The notes below the pieces were generated by a model that made no database searches, was not told the DNA's origin, and was given only the letters and a program-made list of their open reading frames with translations. DNA of 64,000 bases from Massalongia carnosa. Lineage: Eukaryota. The position numbers and the translations under genes were made by a program. The DNA is taken from contig OZ287070.1 of assembly GCA_965645245.1 (NCBI GenBank), positions 124,001-188,000 on the forward strand, in the 5' to 3' direction. This document shows, piece by piece, positions 1-11,074 of the stretch (within the stretch, counting starts at the first letter, position 1; every line of letters starts with the position of its first letter).

Positions 1-2
1 AC

Positions 3-373
3 TGCAATTATGGACGCAATACCGACACTGCGCATTTGTTCAATCCACTTCGAGGAGAAGTGATCGTATTGATAACAACTCTGATTCAACATGCTATTGG
101 AGAGTACGAATACGGGCAAAAAAAGGTACAGGCTTTTGATGGGTCACAGCGAGAGAGTAAGTTTGTACCAATATAATCATTGCTGAGTTTAGGCATTAAT
201 ACTGAAAAGAAATCAATACTCGAATGACGAACACCTGGAATCAACAGTCCTCGGAGAGAAAGATGTTGTTACAAAGTATCATTCATCGGCGGGTTATGCG
301 TCAGACTAGACAAAGAGATGGAGACTTTTCGGCGGTCACAAAAGCTGTCCACAATCCATTTGCCAGTTCTTGA
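3..373 (+). CDS. 3' end of an intron-containing gene, possibly a DUF6532-like protein (partial, begins before the window)
   Basis: Open frame 3-156 (CNYGRNTDTAHLFNPLRGEVIVLITTLIQHAIGEYEYGQKKVQAFDG), intron GTAAGT...AAG at 157-209, then exon 210-373 (KINTRMTNTWNQQSSERKMLLQSIIHRRV...*). The F-x-P...I-x-L-x-x-T-x-I...EY-x-x-G...F pattern resembles DUF6532 by eye only. Confidence 0.35.
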
Positions 374-415
374 CGATCATAGAAGGAAACCTCTTCACCT
401 AGACCGCCGCAGTTG

Positions 416-968
416 ATGAGCCACGAGGTATGCAATCTTATTAACCGCGTTCTAACGTGGTATTAACATCTCTCCTAGAATTCTTCGCAACGTGGACCCT
501 CACAATTAAAGCACAGCGCATCAAGTACATCCTTCGTAAGTATTCGCTTTGTTTGTAGAATATCTGTTAGTCTAACAATTGCGTTGGAAACAGATTAACG
601 ACAAGATATCGTCAACTCCAACTCCACTCGCGCAAGACGCAATCGTGACGACAGATTCGGGTCAAGAAGATGCGGTAGATTACGATTTACGCATGGGAAA
701 AGACGGGCGGATTCGGATGAGGTATGATGCAACGTGGAAGGAGTGGCAGACTGCTGTGGGAATGAAAGATGGAGAGTCGTTCTGGTACACTGTATCAACA
801 ATCCCAAGGCCGTATTGACCTTTGAGGAGGAATAGAGTTCGTTTTTGGATCGGGTGGAACAGGTGCATAGAGTAATGATACGAAGAGGAAACTGGGCGCA
901 TTCTCAAGCAGATGAAGACTCTGCGAGGGAGGACGACAATATGGGAGAACTTACATAACATTATTTAA
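416..968 (+). pseudogene. small three-exon gene remnant of unknown function
   Basis: ATG at 416; introns GTATGC...TAG (428-478) and GTAAGT...CAG (536-593) both keep frame into ORF 579-818. In-frame stops at 816 and ~873-878, then the frame continues to TAA at 968. Confidence 0.35.
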
Positions 969-1066
969 ACCAAATCTTGATAATTTACTCGACTGGTGTG
1001 TCTTTATCGTCGTATCTTGCAGCATCAAGCGCTCGAAAAGGAAACAAAAGCAGTGCATTATGACAT

Positions 1067-1422
1067 TGTAGGGGGGTGGAGCGGTGATACTCTAAATTCA
1101 AATTGCTAGCGGTTCGGGAGTTGGTTCTTTTCGGCTGATACTCGGTAAAGGTAGCGGGAAGTCAGGTGACAGTCGTTCTTTTAGTTTAGTTATAGATAGT
1201 TCTTTTCCTTTTAGAGCAAGCATGCTCGTAGCAATAGCTACAACACATAGCATCAACACATACAGTTCACAGGCACGAGGCATCAGGCACGAGGCGCGAG
1301 GCTTACAGTGATCAGTCTAGCTATTGTTCTTATTCTATTGTTCTGTTCTTCTCTTGTTTGTTTGTTCTCTTGCACTCCTAGCTGTAGTGGACCACGCACA
1401 CCACCCAGTTCATCCTTCCACA
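1067..1422 (+). repeat. 5' LTR of Gypsy A
   Basis: Direct repeat of 9374-9728 with TG...CA termini. Confidence 0.95.
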
Positions 1423-1424
1423 TT

Positions 1425-1435
1425 TGGCGACCACG
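1425..1435 (+). promoter_or_regulatory. primer binding site (tRNA 3' end, possibly tRNA-Arg)
   Basis: TGGCGACCACG starts 2 nt after the LTR and is complementary to ...CGUGGUCGCCA-3', a typical tRNA-Arg/Asn-like acceptor end. The tRNA identity was not verified. Confidence 0.7.
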
Positions 1436-1511
1436 GTGCGATCTCTATTTGACCGGGAGCAGGAATCAAACGACGAGTCTAGATAGACATGTGAGACAGA
1501 CAGTAGACTTA

Positions 1512-1620
1512 CAGGCGACAGCGACAGGGAACAGCGACAGGAAATAGCGACAGGGAACAGCGACAGGAAATAGCGACAGGCGACAGCGACAGGAAACAGC
1601 GATCTAGAAGCAGCGACAGC
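1512..1620 (+). repeat. short tandem repeat (AGCGACAGG-based, ~13-bp unit) in the 5' UTR of Gypsy A
   Basis: Repeated agcgacagg(ga/aa)a units are visible at 1512-1600. Confidence 0.8.
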
Positions 1621-2002
1621 GTACAGAGATCTAGAGATAGTGGGAAAACGACATACAGCGACCGGAGGAAGACAGAAAGAACGGGGGCATCCATTTGACC
1701 CTGACAGAGGGTGGCGATGCGAACAGACCTCACCTGAACGGGCGGAATTGATTATAGGGGAAGAGACGGACTCGAATAGTCTGCGACACGGTGGAGACGG
1801 TCGAGAGTCTAACGTAGCGACATCACGATTCCGATAGGCGGGAGATAGGTGGCCGATTTGACCCGAACCAATCAGCGAGCTCGAATTCCGTCTCGGTGGC
1901 AAGCTAATCCTGTTTGAGAAGATCGTGAGAATAAGCGAGCAGCCTCGAGGACTGAGTGACGACGTCGATTTGACAATGTGAACAGAAGGACCCACCAGAA
2001 AC

Positions 2003-4873
2003 ATGGGCTTCGGAAAGTACCGCATTCCTGCCCGAAGGCCATCCGGAATCGAGACCATGGCGACTGAACGGCACCGAGGAGGCATAAAAGCTGCCTCACT
2101 GCCCATCTTCAACAGATCATTTCATCCATCTTTTTCACCTTATTCATCCTGTTCAGACAGTGTCGAGCACAAAGCATATCAGCATAACAGGCCTTCGGAC
2201 CTACCTCCACCATACATTCATCCTACTAGCCTGCACTGTCATCACTACTGTTGTCAGTCGAATAGAGAGGACAAGGAAACAACAATAGCTCTTCTTTCGA
2301 AAATCGTTACACACCTCCTACCTATACTTGAGCGACTTGCTACTACTACCTGCAAGCATACTGCACCTGCTACTGAGACTGCTGTCCGAACTAGCCCACC
2401 GACTCGACCTGAGTGTGAGAGTTCATCGTCGGCTACCATATCTACAATCGAAAATCAGTCTAGTGGTGCAACAATCAGCGACATGGCTACTCCATCTACG
2501 ACTAGTCCCGAGTACTCTGGGAATATACCTGCTATGTCTGCAGGGCCCTTCGGGTTTGTGATGACCATGCCTCAGCCAGGGACTCCCGGGACCCCATTCT
2601 TTCAAGGTAAAAATGTGTCGGAGTTCTTGAGTAGGTATGAAGACATGTGCGAAGACTACCACGTCGGGAACAATGAAAAGATTCGTAGGTTACCCCGCTA
2701 TTGTGACATGCTAATTGGACAGACGGTGGAGTCACTACCTGACTTTGTGGAAAGAAGATGGGCTCAGCTATGTAAGGTGATGAAGAAGGAGTATAAGGCT
2801 GGTGATAGTATTCAGCAGGTGAATTCTCGAGCGTTTTTGGAGTCATACAAGGACAAGGAACGTACTAGTGAAGATGACGTGCGAAACTTTTGCCGAAAGT
2901 TCGGGGCCATATCCAAAGTCCTAGTTGGTCAGGAAAAGCTAGATATTTATACACGCAATCAGTTGTTCCTACAGGGCCTTCCCAAGGACGTACGCGAGGA
3001 GTTGTTCTTCCGCCGAGGTATTGATTTTGACGATAATGTGATGAAGGACTTTGATGGATTGGTGAAGAAGACATTGGGACTAGTGGAGGCGAGGCTCAAA
3101 TATAAAGAGGTGATGCGGACTGAGAAGAGTGTTACTGACAAATATAGTGCCCTAGCCGATCAATTTGATAGGAAGATAGTGCTGGATGGTCATGAAAATA
3201 TCATGAATTCACTTACCCCACCAGTTGCAGACAGTTCGACCGTTAGTTTGTCGAAGTCCACGGAGAAGGCTATAGCCGGTTTAACCGAAAGGTTTGATGC
3301 GCTGGTCCTGATGGCGGGAACTCAGGCCCGTCCAGCCAATCAGAACAGTCAGCAGACTCGGAACCGTTCACAGTCACCTGGTAGACAGGCACCTTATGAT
3401 GGCCAGAAACCGAATGACCGTCAGTATGGAGGGGAGGATTCCTGCACATACTGTGGAGAGAAGGAGACCCATGATAGGCGGAGGAACTGCCCGGAGTTTG
3501 ATGCCGACCAGCGGAATGGTGTTATTCATCTGAATGAGCGAGGGTTGTTATGTCTAGGACCGATGGGCACATATTCCAATCCCATTCGGCATGTGCCTGG
3601 GGTGACACAGAAGGAGTCCATTAGGCGCGCAAAAATGCTGGCCAGTCAATTCAGTCATGCTGACCAAAGTGCTGATGTCCACTCAGTTCGAATTGGCGAG
3701 GATAGCGTGGACGAATATTCATCTGATGAAGAATGGGACCCTGAGGTGACCATCATCGACACCACCTCTGTCAATTCAGCTAGAACGGAACAACAGAAGC
3801 CTGTCGAGGAGAGCTGGAGGGAGCCAGCTAAGCGAATTCTGAAACGCAGGGCTGAACGCGAGGACAAGTTCGCAGTACCGAAAGCACCCAGATATGGCAG
3901 TTGGAACCCGGTTCCTGCCTCGGTAGAACGTCGGAGTGACAACTCTGACCAATCAAGGCCACCTAGCTCAATTGTAACTGATAAATCTCATGCGACTGAA
4001 CCTCGTGTTACATTCGCCGACGCTTTGGAAGAAGATGTGACCATGACGGAGGCGGGCCCAGCTAGCCGCCTCCGCAGTAGCAGCGGCGGCGGCAAAGGAA
4101 AGAAACATGGGGTCGGGGTTCCGACAGGCCCCATCCGAAAGGAGGTTCGGTCTGCGATAGAACAGATGGGCACCGAAGAGTTTCTACGGATCGCGAAACA
4201 TGAGTTCAACATGGACCTAATACAGAGCCGTTGTTTGCAAATACCTTTGCCTGGTGCTGGAGGACTGACCTATGGAAATCTGATGGCCATGATGCCTACG
4301 TTTAAACCGGTGGTCAATAAGATGACACGGAATGCCGAACCGGAAAAGGCAGAGGGTCCAACGGTAAAAATTGGTTCAATTGGCATTCGGGACCCGCGAC
4401 TTCGCAGGGCCTACACGAGGTCGACACCAAAGGCCAAAGTGCAGATCGGCGATGGCAACAGGTATAAGTCTCTCCTAGACTCCGGCGCTGAAGTGAATGT
4501 GATGACGTACAACGTGGCCAAGCGTGAAGGCCTAGCTATGCGACCCTATCCCAATATCAATCTTATTTCTCATACTGGAGACCGGAAAGAATTCCTAGGT
4601 GTATGTGAGGACGATGAGGTTAATATTGGCGGAATAGTGTCGCTCAATCACATATTTGTCATCGACGCTGCGGATCATCAATTAGTGTTGGGCCAACCTT
4701 ACCTTCATCAGATGCGTGTCGATATGGATTATCAGAATAACGAGGTGGAATGTACTATACATGCGGAGGCGATAAACCGAGCTGCCAAATTCACCGCAAC
4801 TTCTGACTCAACTAGTAAAAATCGTACTGCAGAGGACCTGTTTCCGGAGGGCCGAGAGGAGAATTTAAACTGA
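2003..4873 (+). CDS. gag: Gypsy A Gag-protease polyprotein (true start may be downstream, ~2480-2560)
   Basis: 956-aa ORF with PFFQGKNVSEFL gag N-terminal motif, CTYCGEKETHDRRRNC zinc knuckle and LLDSGAEVNVM aspartic protease motif. It ends at TTTAAAC-TGA. Confidence 0.9.
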   Translation: MGFGKYRIPARRPSGIETMATERHRGGIKAASLPIFNRSFHPSFSPYSSCSDSVEHKAYQHNRPSDLPPPYIHPTSLHCHHYCCQSNREDKETTIALLSKIVTHLLPILERLATTTCKHTAPATETAVRTSPPTRPECESSSSATISTIENQSSGATISDMATPSTTSPEYSGNIPAMSAGPFGFVMTMPQPGTPGTPFFQGKNVSEFLSRYEDMCEDYHVGNNEKIRRLPRYCDMLIGQTVESLPDFVERRWAQLCKVMKKEYKAGDSIQQVNSRAFLESYKDKERTSEDDVRNFCRKFGAISKVLVGQEKLDIYTRNQLFLQGLPKDVREELFFRRGIDFDDNVMKDFDGLVKKTLGLVEARLKYKEVMRTEKSVTDKYSALADQFDRKIVLDGHENIMNSLTPPVADSSTVSLSKSTEKAIAGLTERFDALVLMAGTQARPANQNSQQTRNRSQSPGRQAPYDGQKPNDRQYGGEDSCTYCGEKETHDRRRNCPEFDADQRNGVIHLNERGLLCLGPMGTYSNPIRHVPGVTQKESIRRAKMLASQFSHADQSADVHSVRIGEDSVDEYSSDEEWDPEVTIIDTTSVNSARTEQQKPVEESWREPAKRILKRRAEREDKFAVPKAPRYGSWNPVPASVERRSDNSDQSRPPSSIVTDKSHATEPRVTFADALEEDVTMTEAGPASRLRSSSGGGKGKKHGVGVPTGPIRKEVRSAIEQMGTEEFLRIAKHEFNMDLIQSRCLQIPLPGAGGLTYGNLMAMMPTFKPVVNKMTRNAEPEKAEGPTVKIGSIGIRDPRLRRAYTRSTPKAKVQIGDGNRYKSLLDSGAEVNVMTYNVAKREGLAMRPYPNINLISHTGDRKEFLGVCEDDEVNIGGIVSLNHIFVIDAADHQLVLGQPYLHQMRVDMDYQNNEVECTIHAEAINRAAKFTATSDSTSKNRTAEDLFPEGREENLN

Positions 4874-7800
4874 CCAACCACCATGTGCAGAACAGGTCCA
4901 TGGTTGGTAGTGGTGGTAAAAACCTGGAGAGAGCGAAAGTATCGAGTGTTAGGGTGGGACTTCCGGAAAGTGGTTCTTCCGTTCCATTTAACGGGCCCGG
5001 CCTGTTAAATCAAATAGCCCTAACTCCCTCAGCGACTATTGCGGAAGTGGCAGCGATGGATCACTATATTCGCGCCTTTACACCGTCGCGTTCAATTGGC
5101 TCGGTCGGAATTTCCTCTCTAAGGTTCTCTCGAAAATTCGACATATATACAATCAATCAAAACAGAGTGTTCGGCAAGCGGAGTACGGTGAGAGTTGACA
5201 CGGCGTATAAGCGGAAAGCGGTAAAAGTTCGACCAGTGAATTCTGACCAGTCGGATGGCACCATACCTGGTGGAATGGCAGATTGGAAAGCGAAGGCGCT
5301 AGAGAAAGAGAGAGGTCTACCAAAGTCAGAAAAGTTTCCTGATTGGCTGATTCCAAAGTTCTCGACAATATTCAAAGGTTCACGATTGACACCGGAACGG
5401 CTGCAGCGAATGATAGTGGGCGACAGTATGACGTCTGCTGAGAAAGAAGTGTTGACCCAGATGTTATACAACCGAGAAGCAGCGCTGTCATGGGAGTTTT
5501 CCGAGATGGGCAGAGTCAAACCTGAGGTGTCTCCACCATGTAGAATCAACATCATTCCACACGAGGCATGGCAGACCCCATCATTCCCATTGCCAAGGGC
5601 CCTGGTACCGATGGTGATAGAGATGCTGAAGGACCGACTGCAGCGAGGAACGTTGGAACCTTGTCATGGTCCCTATCGAAATCCATGGTTCATAGTGAAG
5701 AAGAAAGAGAAAAATAAGTACCGATTAATTAATGAGGCCCTAGACATGAACAAAGTGACCATCCGAGATGCAAATCTGCCACCTTCGGTAGACGAATTCT
5801 CAGAGGACTTTGCTGGCTGCCACATCGCTTCCTTGATCGACGTGTTTTCAGGATATGACCAAATGGAACTCGATGTTCATAGTCGAGACATGACCGCCTT
5901 CATGACACCAATAGGACTATTGCGAATGACATCTATACCAATGGGAGCTATCAATTCGGTTGCACAGTTCGTACGGGTAGTGACAAAGGTACTGCAGGAC
6001 CACATTCCGAATCGTGCTAAACCTTTCCTTGATGACATCGGAGTGAAGGGGCCGAAGACTGACTATGGTGGTGAAGAAGTGGCACCGGGCATCAGAAAGT
6101 ACGTGCTTGAACATCTCCCCCCGTGGCTAGATGGGGTACTCGCGGACATAGAAAGGGCTGGATGCACTATCTCCGGAGAAAAGTCGCAATTTTGCATGGC
6201 CGGTCTGAAGATAGTAGGATTTGTGACCGACTCCGATGGTAGACATCCAGACACCGCTAAGGTCATCAGAATTCTAGAGTGGCCGATATGCACCGACGCT
6301 TCTTCCGCTCGTGCTTTTATAGGTGTGTGTGTGTACTATCGCATATGGATATTGGACTTTGCCATTGTTGCTGAACCAATATATCGTCTGCTGAAGAAAG
6401 ATGCTGCTTTTGTATGGGGCATGGAACAAACCGAGGCAATGGACTTGCTGAAGATAGCTCTGACATCTCCGCCAGCAATAAAGACCATTGACTATAGCGA
6501 GCTAGCTGGACTTATCATATTGGCTGTGGATGCGAGTTTGAAAGGATGGGGCGCTGTACTGATGCAAATCTTTGATGGCAAGCGTCACCCCATTCGGTAC
6601 GAAAGCGGAGTATGGAGCGAGGTGGAACAGCGATATGATGCAACCAAGCGAGAGTGTCGAGGCGTTCTAAAGGCATTGAAAAAGACAAAGCACTGGCTAT
6701 ATGGAGTTCACTTTGTGTTGGAGACAGACGCCAACGTCCTAGTGGCACAATTGAATGGAGCTTGTACCGATTTGCCTGGTGCTCTGATAGTCCGATGGAT
6801 AGCATGGATACGACTGTTTGACTTCGAGGTCAAACATGTTGCTGGCCGAAAACATACGGCAGCAGATGGACTGTCTAGACGACCTCATACTGAGGAAGAA
6901 ATTCGGGCCGAACAGCAGGAGCAAGACATAGACGACTTCATAGATGCCGAACTGAATTCACTAAGGGCCTGTCTAATTTCCGTTAACTCCGCAGACGAGG
7001 TGCCAGACGAAAAAGTGCTAAAGGCCGGATATAGTGATAAGTCCGAGAGAATCGCTGCATTTCTAACATCACTACAAAAGCCGGTTGGACTAAACCACAA
7101 AGAGTTTAGGGCGTTTAAGAGCGAGGCCTTGCGCTATCGAGTACAAGATGGCCATCTTTATAGACGAAACAGCAAGAACATACCTTCCAGGCGAGTGATA
7201 GACTCTGATGAGCGGAAGTTGGAAATATTGAAACAGCTACATGACGAAAGTGGATATAGAGGCAGAGAGGGCACATACAGACGCATAGCAGACAGGTACT
7301 GGTGGGAACAATTGCACGATGATGTAAAAGGCTATGTTCGGTCCTGCGAGGAATGTCAGAAACGTGACCCCACTAGGCTCGAGGAAGCACTTCATCCGAC
7401 ATGGGTTACCTTCATGTGGCAGAAGGTTGGCTTAGACGTGGTACACATGCCAGCTTGTTGAGGCAAGCACTATATTGTTATGGCCAGAGATGACTTTTCC
7501 GGATGGGTCGAGGATAGAGCACTAGGAAAAGCTACCGCTCAGAATGTCGCGAGATTCTTGTGGGAAGATGTTATATGCAGACATGGGTGCTTCGGAAAAC
7601 TGATTGTTGATGGTGAACCAGAAAACAAAGATGCTGTTATAGAATTAGCAAATCGATATGGTATCAAAAGAGTAGTTGTTTCTGCCTATCATCCGCAAGC
7701 CAATAGCATGATAAAACGGGGACATCGGCCAGTTGTTCAAGCATTATCCAAAATGACAAATGGAGGCATGGGCAAATGGGTTGATAATCTTCCTGCAGTA

Positions 7801-8454
7801 CTATGGGCCGACCGGACAACAGTTCGTGCTAGCACCGGCAACACACCTTTCTATCTGAATAGCGGCAATGAGGCTGTTCTACCAATTGAACTGGAAATTC
7901 CAACATGGAGAATATTACCATGGAATGAAGTTCATACAACAGACGAATTGCTAGTTATGCGTGCGAGACAAATACAGCGAAGGGATGAAGACATGGAAGA
8001 GACAGCTTTATTCCTGCAAAGACAAAGAATGGAAGGCAAAGAGACCTTTGACACTCTGAACAATCTGAGATCAATTGAACTCACCGAGGGTCAATTAATT
8101 CTTTTGCACGACACTAAATTAGACAATCAGCACACAGGCAAACTTACTTTCAGGTGGTTAGGACCATATAAAATTCAACAAACAATTGTTGATAAGGGAA
8201 CTTACAAACTATGTGAACTAGACGGCACCCTATTAGCTGGAACCTTTGCAGGAAATCGACTGAAACCATTTCATGCTCGGCAAAATATTAACTTACCTCC
8301 GATAGAAGAACCTGAGCAACATAATAGTCAGGGGCCGACTATAAACCATAGGGGGGACGAGGACGACCGACAGTCCATGATTCCACCTGGCTGGCCAATG
8401 GCAGTAGTGATTCCTAGCAGACGTGCTGATGCGATGGAGACGGTGGAAAATTGA
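4870..8454 (+). pseudogene. pol: Gypsy A pol (RT-RNaseH-integrase), -1 frame, one in-frame stop at 7459
   Basis: RT FLDD, RNase H AVDAS...ETDAN, integrase zinc finger CEEC and core ARDDFSGW...AYHPQAN. ORFs 4885-7461 and 7480-8454 are in the same frame. Confidence 0.92.
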
Positions 8455-8811
8455 CATATCCGACTACCTATATCGAACGAATTTCCTTAGTAAAATGCAT
8501 ATTGTCAGCAGAGGAAGCACACGAACCTTCGGAATATTTTCATTTCACACTTACCAAAATTCACCGAAAACTTCACCAACCTTAGTCGAAATTGCCATCT
8601 TCCGAAGCCTCACCTCCATGTTTTACCTTTTCCATACTACCAGAACTCAGTAAATTATCTAGCTTTTACTACCTACCTGATCAGCACATATACTATCTTC
8701 CTATCAGCAAACATCTCTGCTAAGCTCAACTTCTTATCTAAGCGAAAGTCAGCAAGCTACTCGATAACTTGGAACAATTTATCTTACCTTACTTGCCTTA
8801 CATCTTTTGGC

Positions 8812-9324
8812 ATGTCTTTCCAATTAGTCATTGTCCTAGGAAATGACCGCTTCCACCACATGACAGACGCACTAGCTTTTCTTGAGACATTGACCCCAGC
8901 AGACCGATACGAGGGACAGAGGACCATAGAATCGCAGCTAGAGTTCCAGCATATGCTAGGGGATAGCAGAGTGGACTATTATGACTATGTCATACAGAAT
9001 GATGCCTGGGCCTCGGTGATGAAAAAAGAAGAGTTCAAAGCTCAACGAGAAGATGTTATTGAGGAGGTGGATATGGCCCAACTGTCACGGGCAGTTGGAG
9101 AATGGAGGAATCGGACACTAAAGGAGGCCATTATTATGTTTCAGCATGTGAAGAAAGCAGAGGAAGAGGACTTTGGGACTAGGTCATCTTTTCGGTTAAA
9201 GCGAGAGTCACATGGCAGGCCTATTCCTCACATCTCTGATGACATTGATACGACTCCGGGACCCGAGCTGGATGAGGAGGAGTTAGTGTTTGCTGAGGCC
9301 GGAATGAAGCGAACGCTGGAGTAG
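8812..9324 (+). CDS. extra ORF3 of unknown function between integrase and 3' LTR of Gypsy A
   Basis: ATG-initiated 170-aa acidic/helical ORF inside the element, ending ~30 bp before the PPT. Confidence 0.5.
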   Translation: MSFQLVIVLGNDRFHHMTDALAFLETLTPADRYEGQRTIESQLEFQHMLGDSRVDYYDYVIQNDAWASVMKKEEFKAQREDVIEEVDMAQLSRAVGEWRNRTLKEAIIMFQHVKKAEEEDFGTRSSFRLKRESHGRPIPHISDDIDTTPGPELDEEELVFAEAGMKRTLE

Positions 9325-9373
9325 GAACAGTGATAGGTGTCAGGGGTCGACACCTAAAGAGAGAGGGGAACTA

Positions 9374-9728
9374 TGTAGGGGGGTAGAGCGGTGATACTCT
9401 AAATTCAAATTGCTAGCGGTTCGGGAGTTGGTTCTTTTCGGTTGATACTCGGTAAAGGTAGCGGGGAAGTCAGGTGACAGTCTTTCTTAGTTTAGTTATA
9501 GATAGTTCTTTTCCTCTTAGAGCAAGCATGCTCGTAGCAATAGCTACAACACATAGCATCAACACATACAGTTCACAGGCACGAGGCATCAGGCACGAGG
9601 CGCGAGGCTTACAGTGATCAGTCTAGCTATTGTTCTTATTCTATTGTTCTGTTCTTCTCTTGTTTGTTTGTTCTCTTGCACTCCTAGCAGTAGTGGACCA
9701 CGCTCACCACCCAGTTCATCCTTCCACA
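9374..9728 (+). repeat. 3' LTR of Gypsy A
   Basis: Direct repeat of 1067-1422, preceded by the PPT. Confidence 0.95.
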
Positions 9729-10537
9729 ACATACGCAAGATTTGTTACAATCGTTACTAAAACAACAAGTTAATTAATGAAATTATTGGATTCAAATGCT
9801 TACAATAACACAAAAGAGTCAATAAAGCAATTATCATCATTGGACAAAGAAAGGTGAAGGTAATCAATAGTCAAAGAGCAGCTGTTTACAGGTCAAATTT
9901 TCGACTAATCGTCGGCTCGCTTAGCTCCGTGGATCCGACTAAAATGCGAAAGAATTTTAGTCGGGGAAAGCAGTGCATCCCGGAAAGCGGTGCATCCAGC
10001 CAAAATCATCAAATTTTATCTTTTTCACCTTTTACCTTCAATCATCTGAATAACTACCTTGATTATTGACGATTTAATTACCTCATATTGATAAGAATAG
10101 CCTTCCGAGCATTTATTCCTTAAATAACTAGTTATTTCATCGAATTTTCGCATATTCAGCTTTTCTATACGTTCTTAATAATCCTTTTTATCCATCATTC
10201 TTAACCCACTCCATAGATAGTAACGCCCCCATTCTCAATCCCATGGAGGAAGCGAAGCAATTTCTGAAGACAAATCCCAAAGAAACCAAGATGACTGCAT
10301 CTAGACTTTTCAACGTCAACGTTAAAAAGTTGACTTCTTCCATTCGTCGTTGTTCGGGACTGAAAAATGGAGGACAAAATCAGATATTGAGAGATCATGA
10401 AACAAAGGGTATCAATGGTTTTATTCAATCTTTGTTGGTGCATGGAATTCCACCTACGTGTCATGAAACGGCTTCGAACCAAAAGGATCTCGGCCTTATC
10501 CCTAGTTGCCCCCTCTATCCTGTCCCTACCTACCGTA

Positions 10538-10692
10538 CCGCAGGTTCATTGGAGCTACCGCGGGTTCATTGGACCTAACGCAGGTTTATTGGACCTAACG
10601 CAGGCTCATTGGAACTACCGAGGATTCATTGGACCTACCGCGGGTTCATTGGACCTACCGCAGGTTCATTAGACCTACCACAGCTTTATTGG
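10538..10692 (+). repeat. 20-bp tandem repeat (CGCAGGTTCATTGGACCTAC) inside the Gypsy B LTR
   Basis: About 7.7 copies in the 5' LTR and about 8.7 copies in the 3' LTR (16741-16914). Confidence 0.9.
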
Positions 10693-11074
10693 TCAGTGCG
10701 CGCTGTTCCATCCTTTCTCGATGCGGTTAGATCGAGTACTGCTCCGCCTCCGATCTTCGAAACCATAATTACCCGGTCCCCATTAGGTGTCTTCGTATTA
10801 ACTTAGGAAAAGGAGATGAATAGGAGACATCGAAGATCAAGGAAACAAAGGGCTAAGGAGGTGAGGAACAGATATAAAAGAAGGGGTCGAGTCTCGAAAG
10901 TTCTGGCTCCTTGTCCGACGTCTTGAATAGCCAATCTAGCCTAGCTGTAGCTATAGACTCAGTCAATTAGAAATCTTGACCATCCAATCCAGTCCCTTGG
11001 CATTACGTCGGACCTATCCCTTAAAAAGTGCCTTCCATAGCACTTTCTCCATCCATTCCTTTTTCAACCCAGCC

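Larger units (their letters stand above)
1067..9728 (+). mobile_element. Ty3/Gypsy LTR retrotransposon A (full length, non-chromoviral, tRNA-primed)
   Basis: LTRs 1067-1422 and 9374-9728 (TGTA...CACA, a handful of differences). 4-bp TSD ACAT at 1063-1066 and 9729-9732. PBS TGGCGACCACG at 1425-1435; PPT AAAGAGAGAGGGGAA at ~9356-9370. Domain order PR-RT-RH-IN. Confidence 0.95.

Noticed and set aside
1378..2112. 244-aa minus-strand ORF in the Gypsy A leader
   Set aside because: It is low-complexity, spans the tandem repeat and the LTR boundary, and has no recognisable motif.
7459..7461. Programmed stop-codon readthrough in Gypsy A pol
   Set aside because: The stop lies inside the integrase core and is most simply a point mutation; no readthrough context was recognised.
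10397..10806. Small repetitive ORFs (HWTYRGFIGP...), also at 16623-17028
   Set aside because: They are translations of the 20-bp LTR minisatellite.
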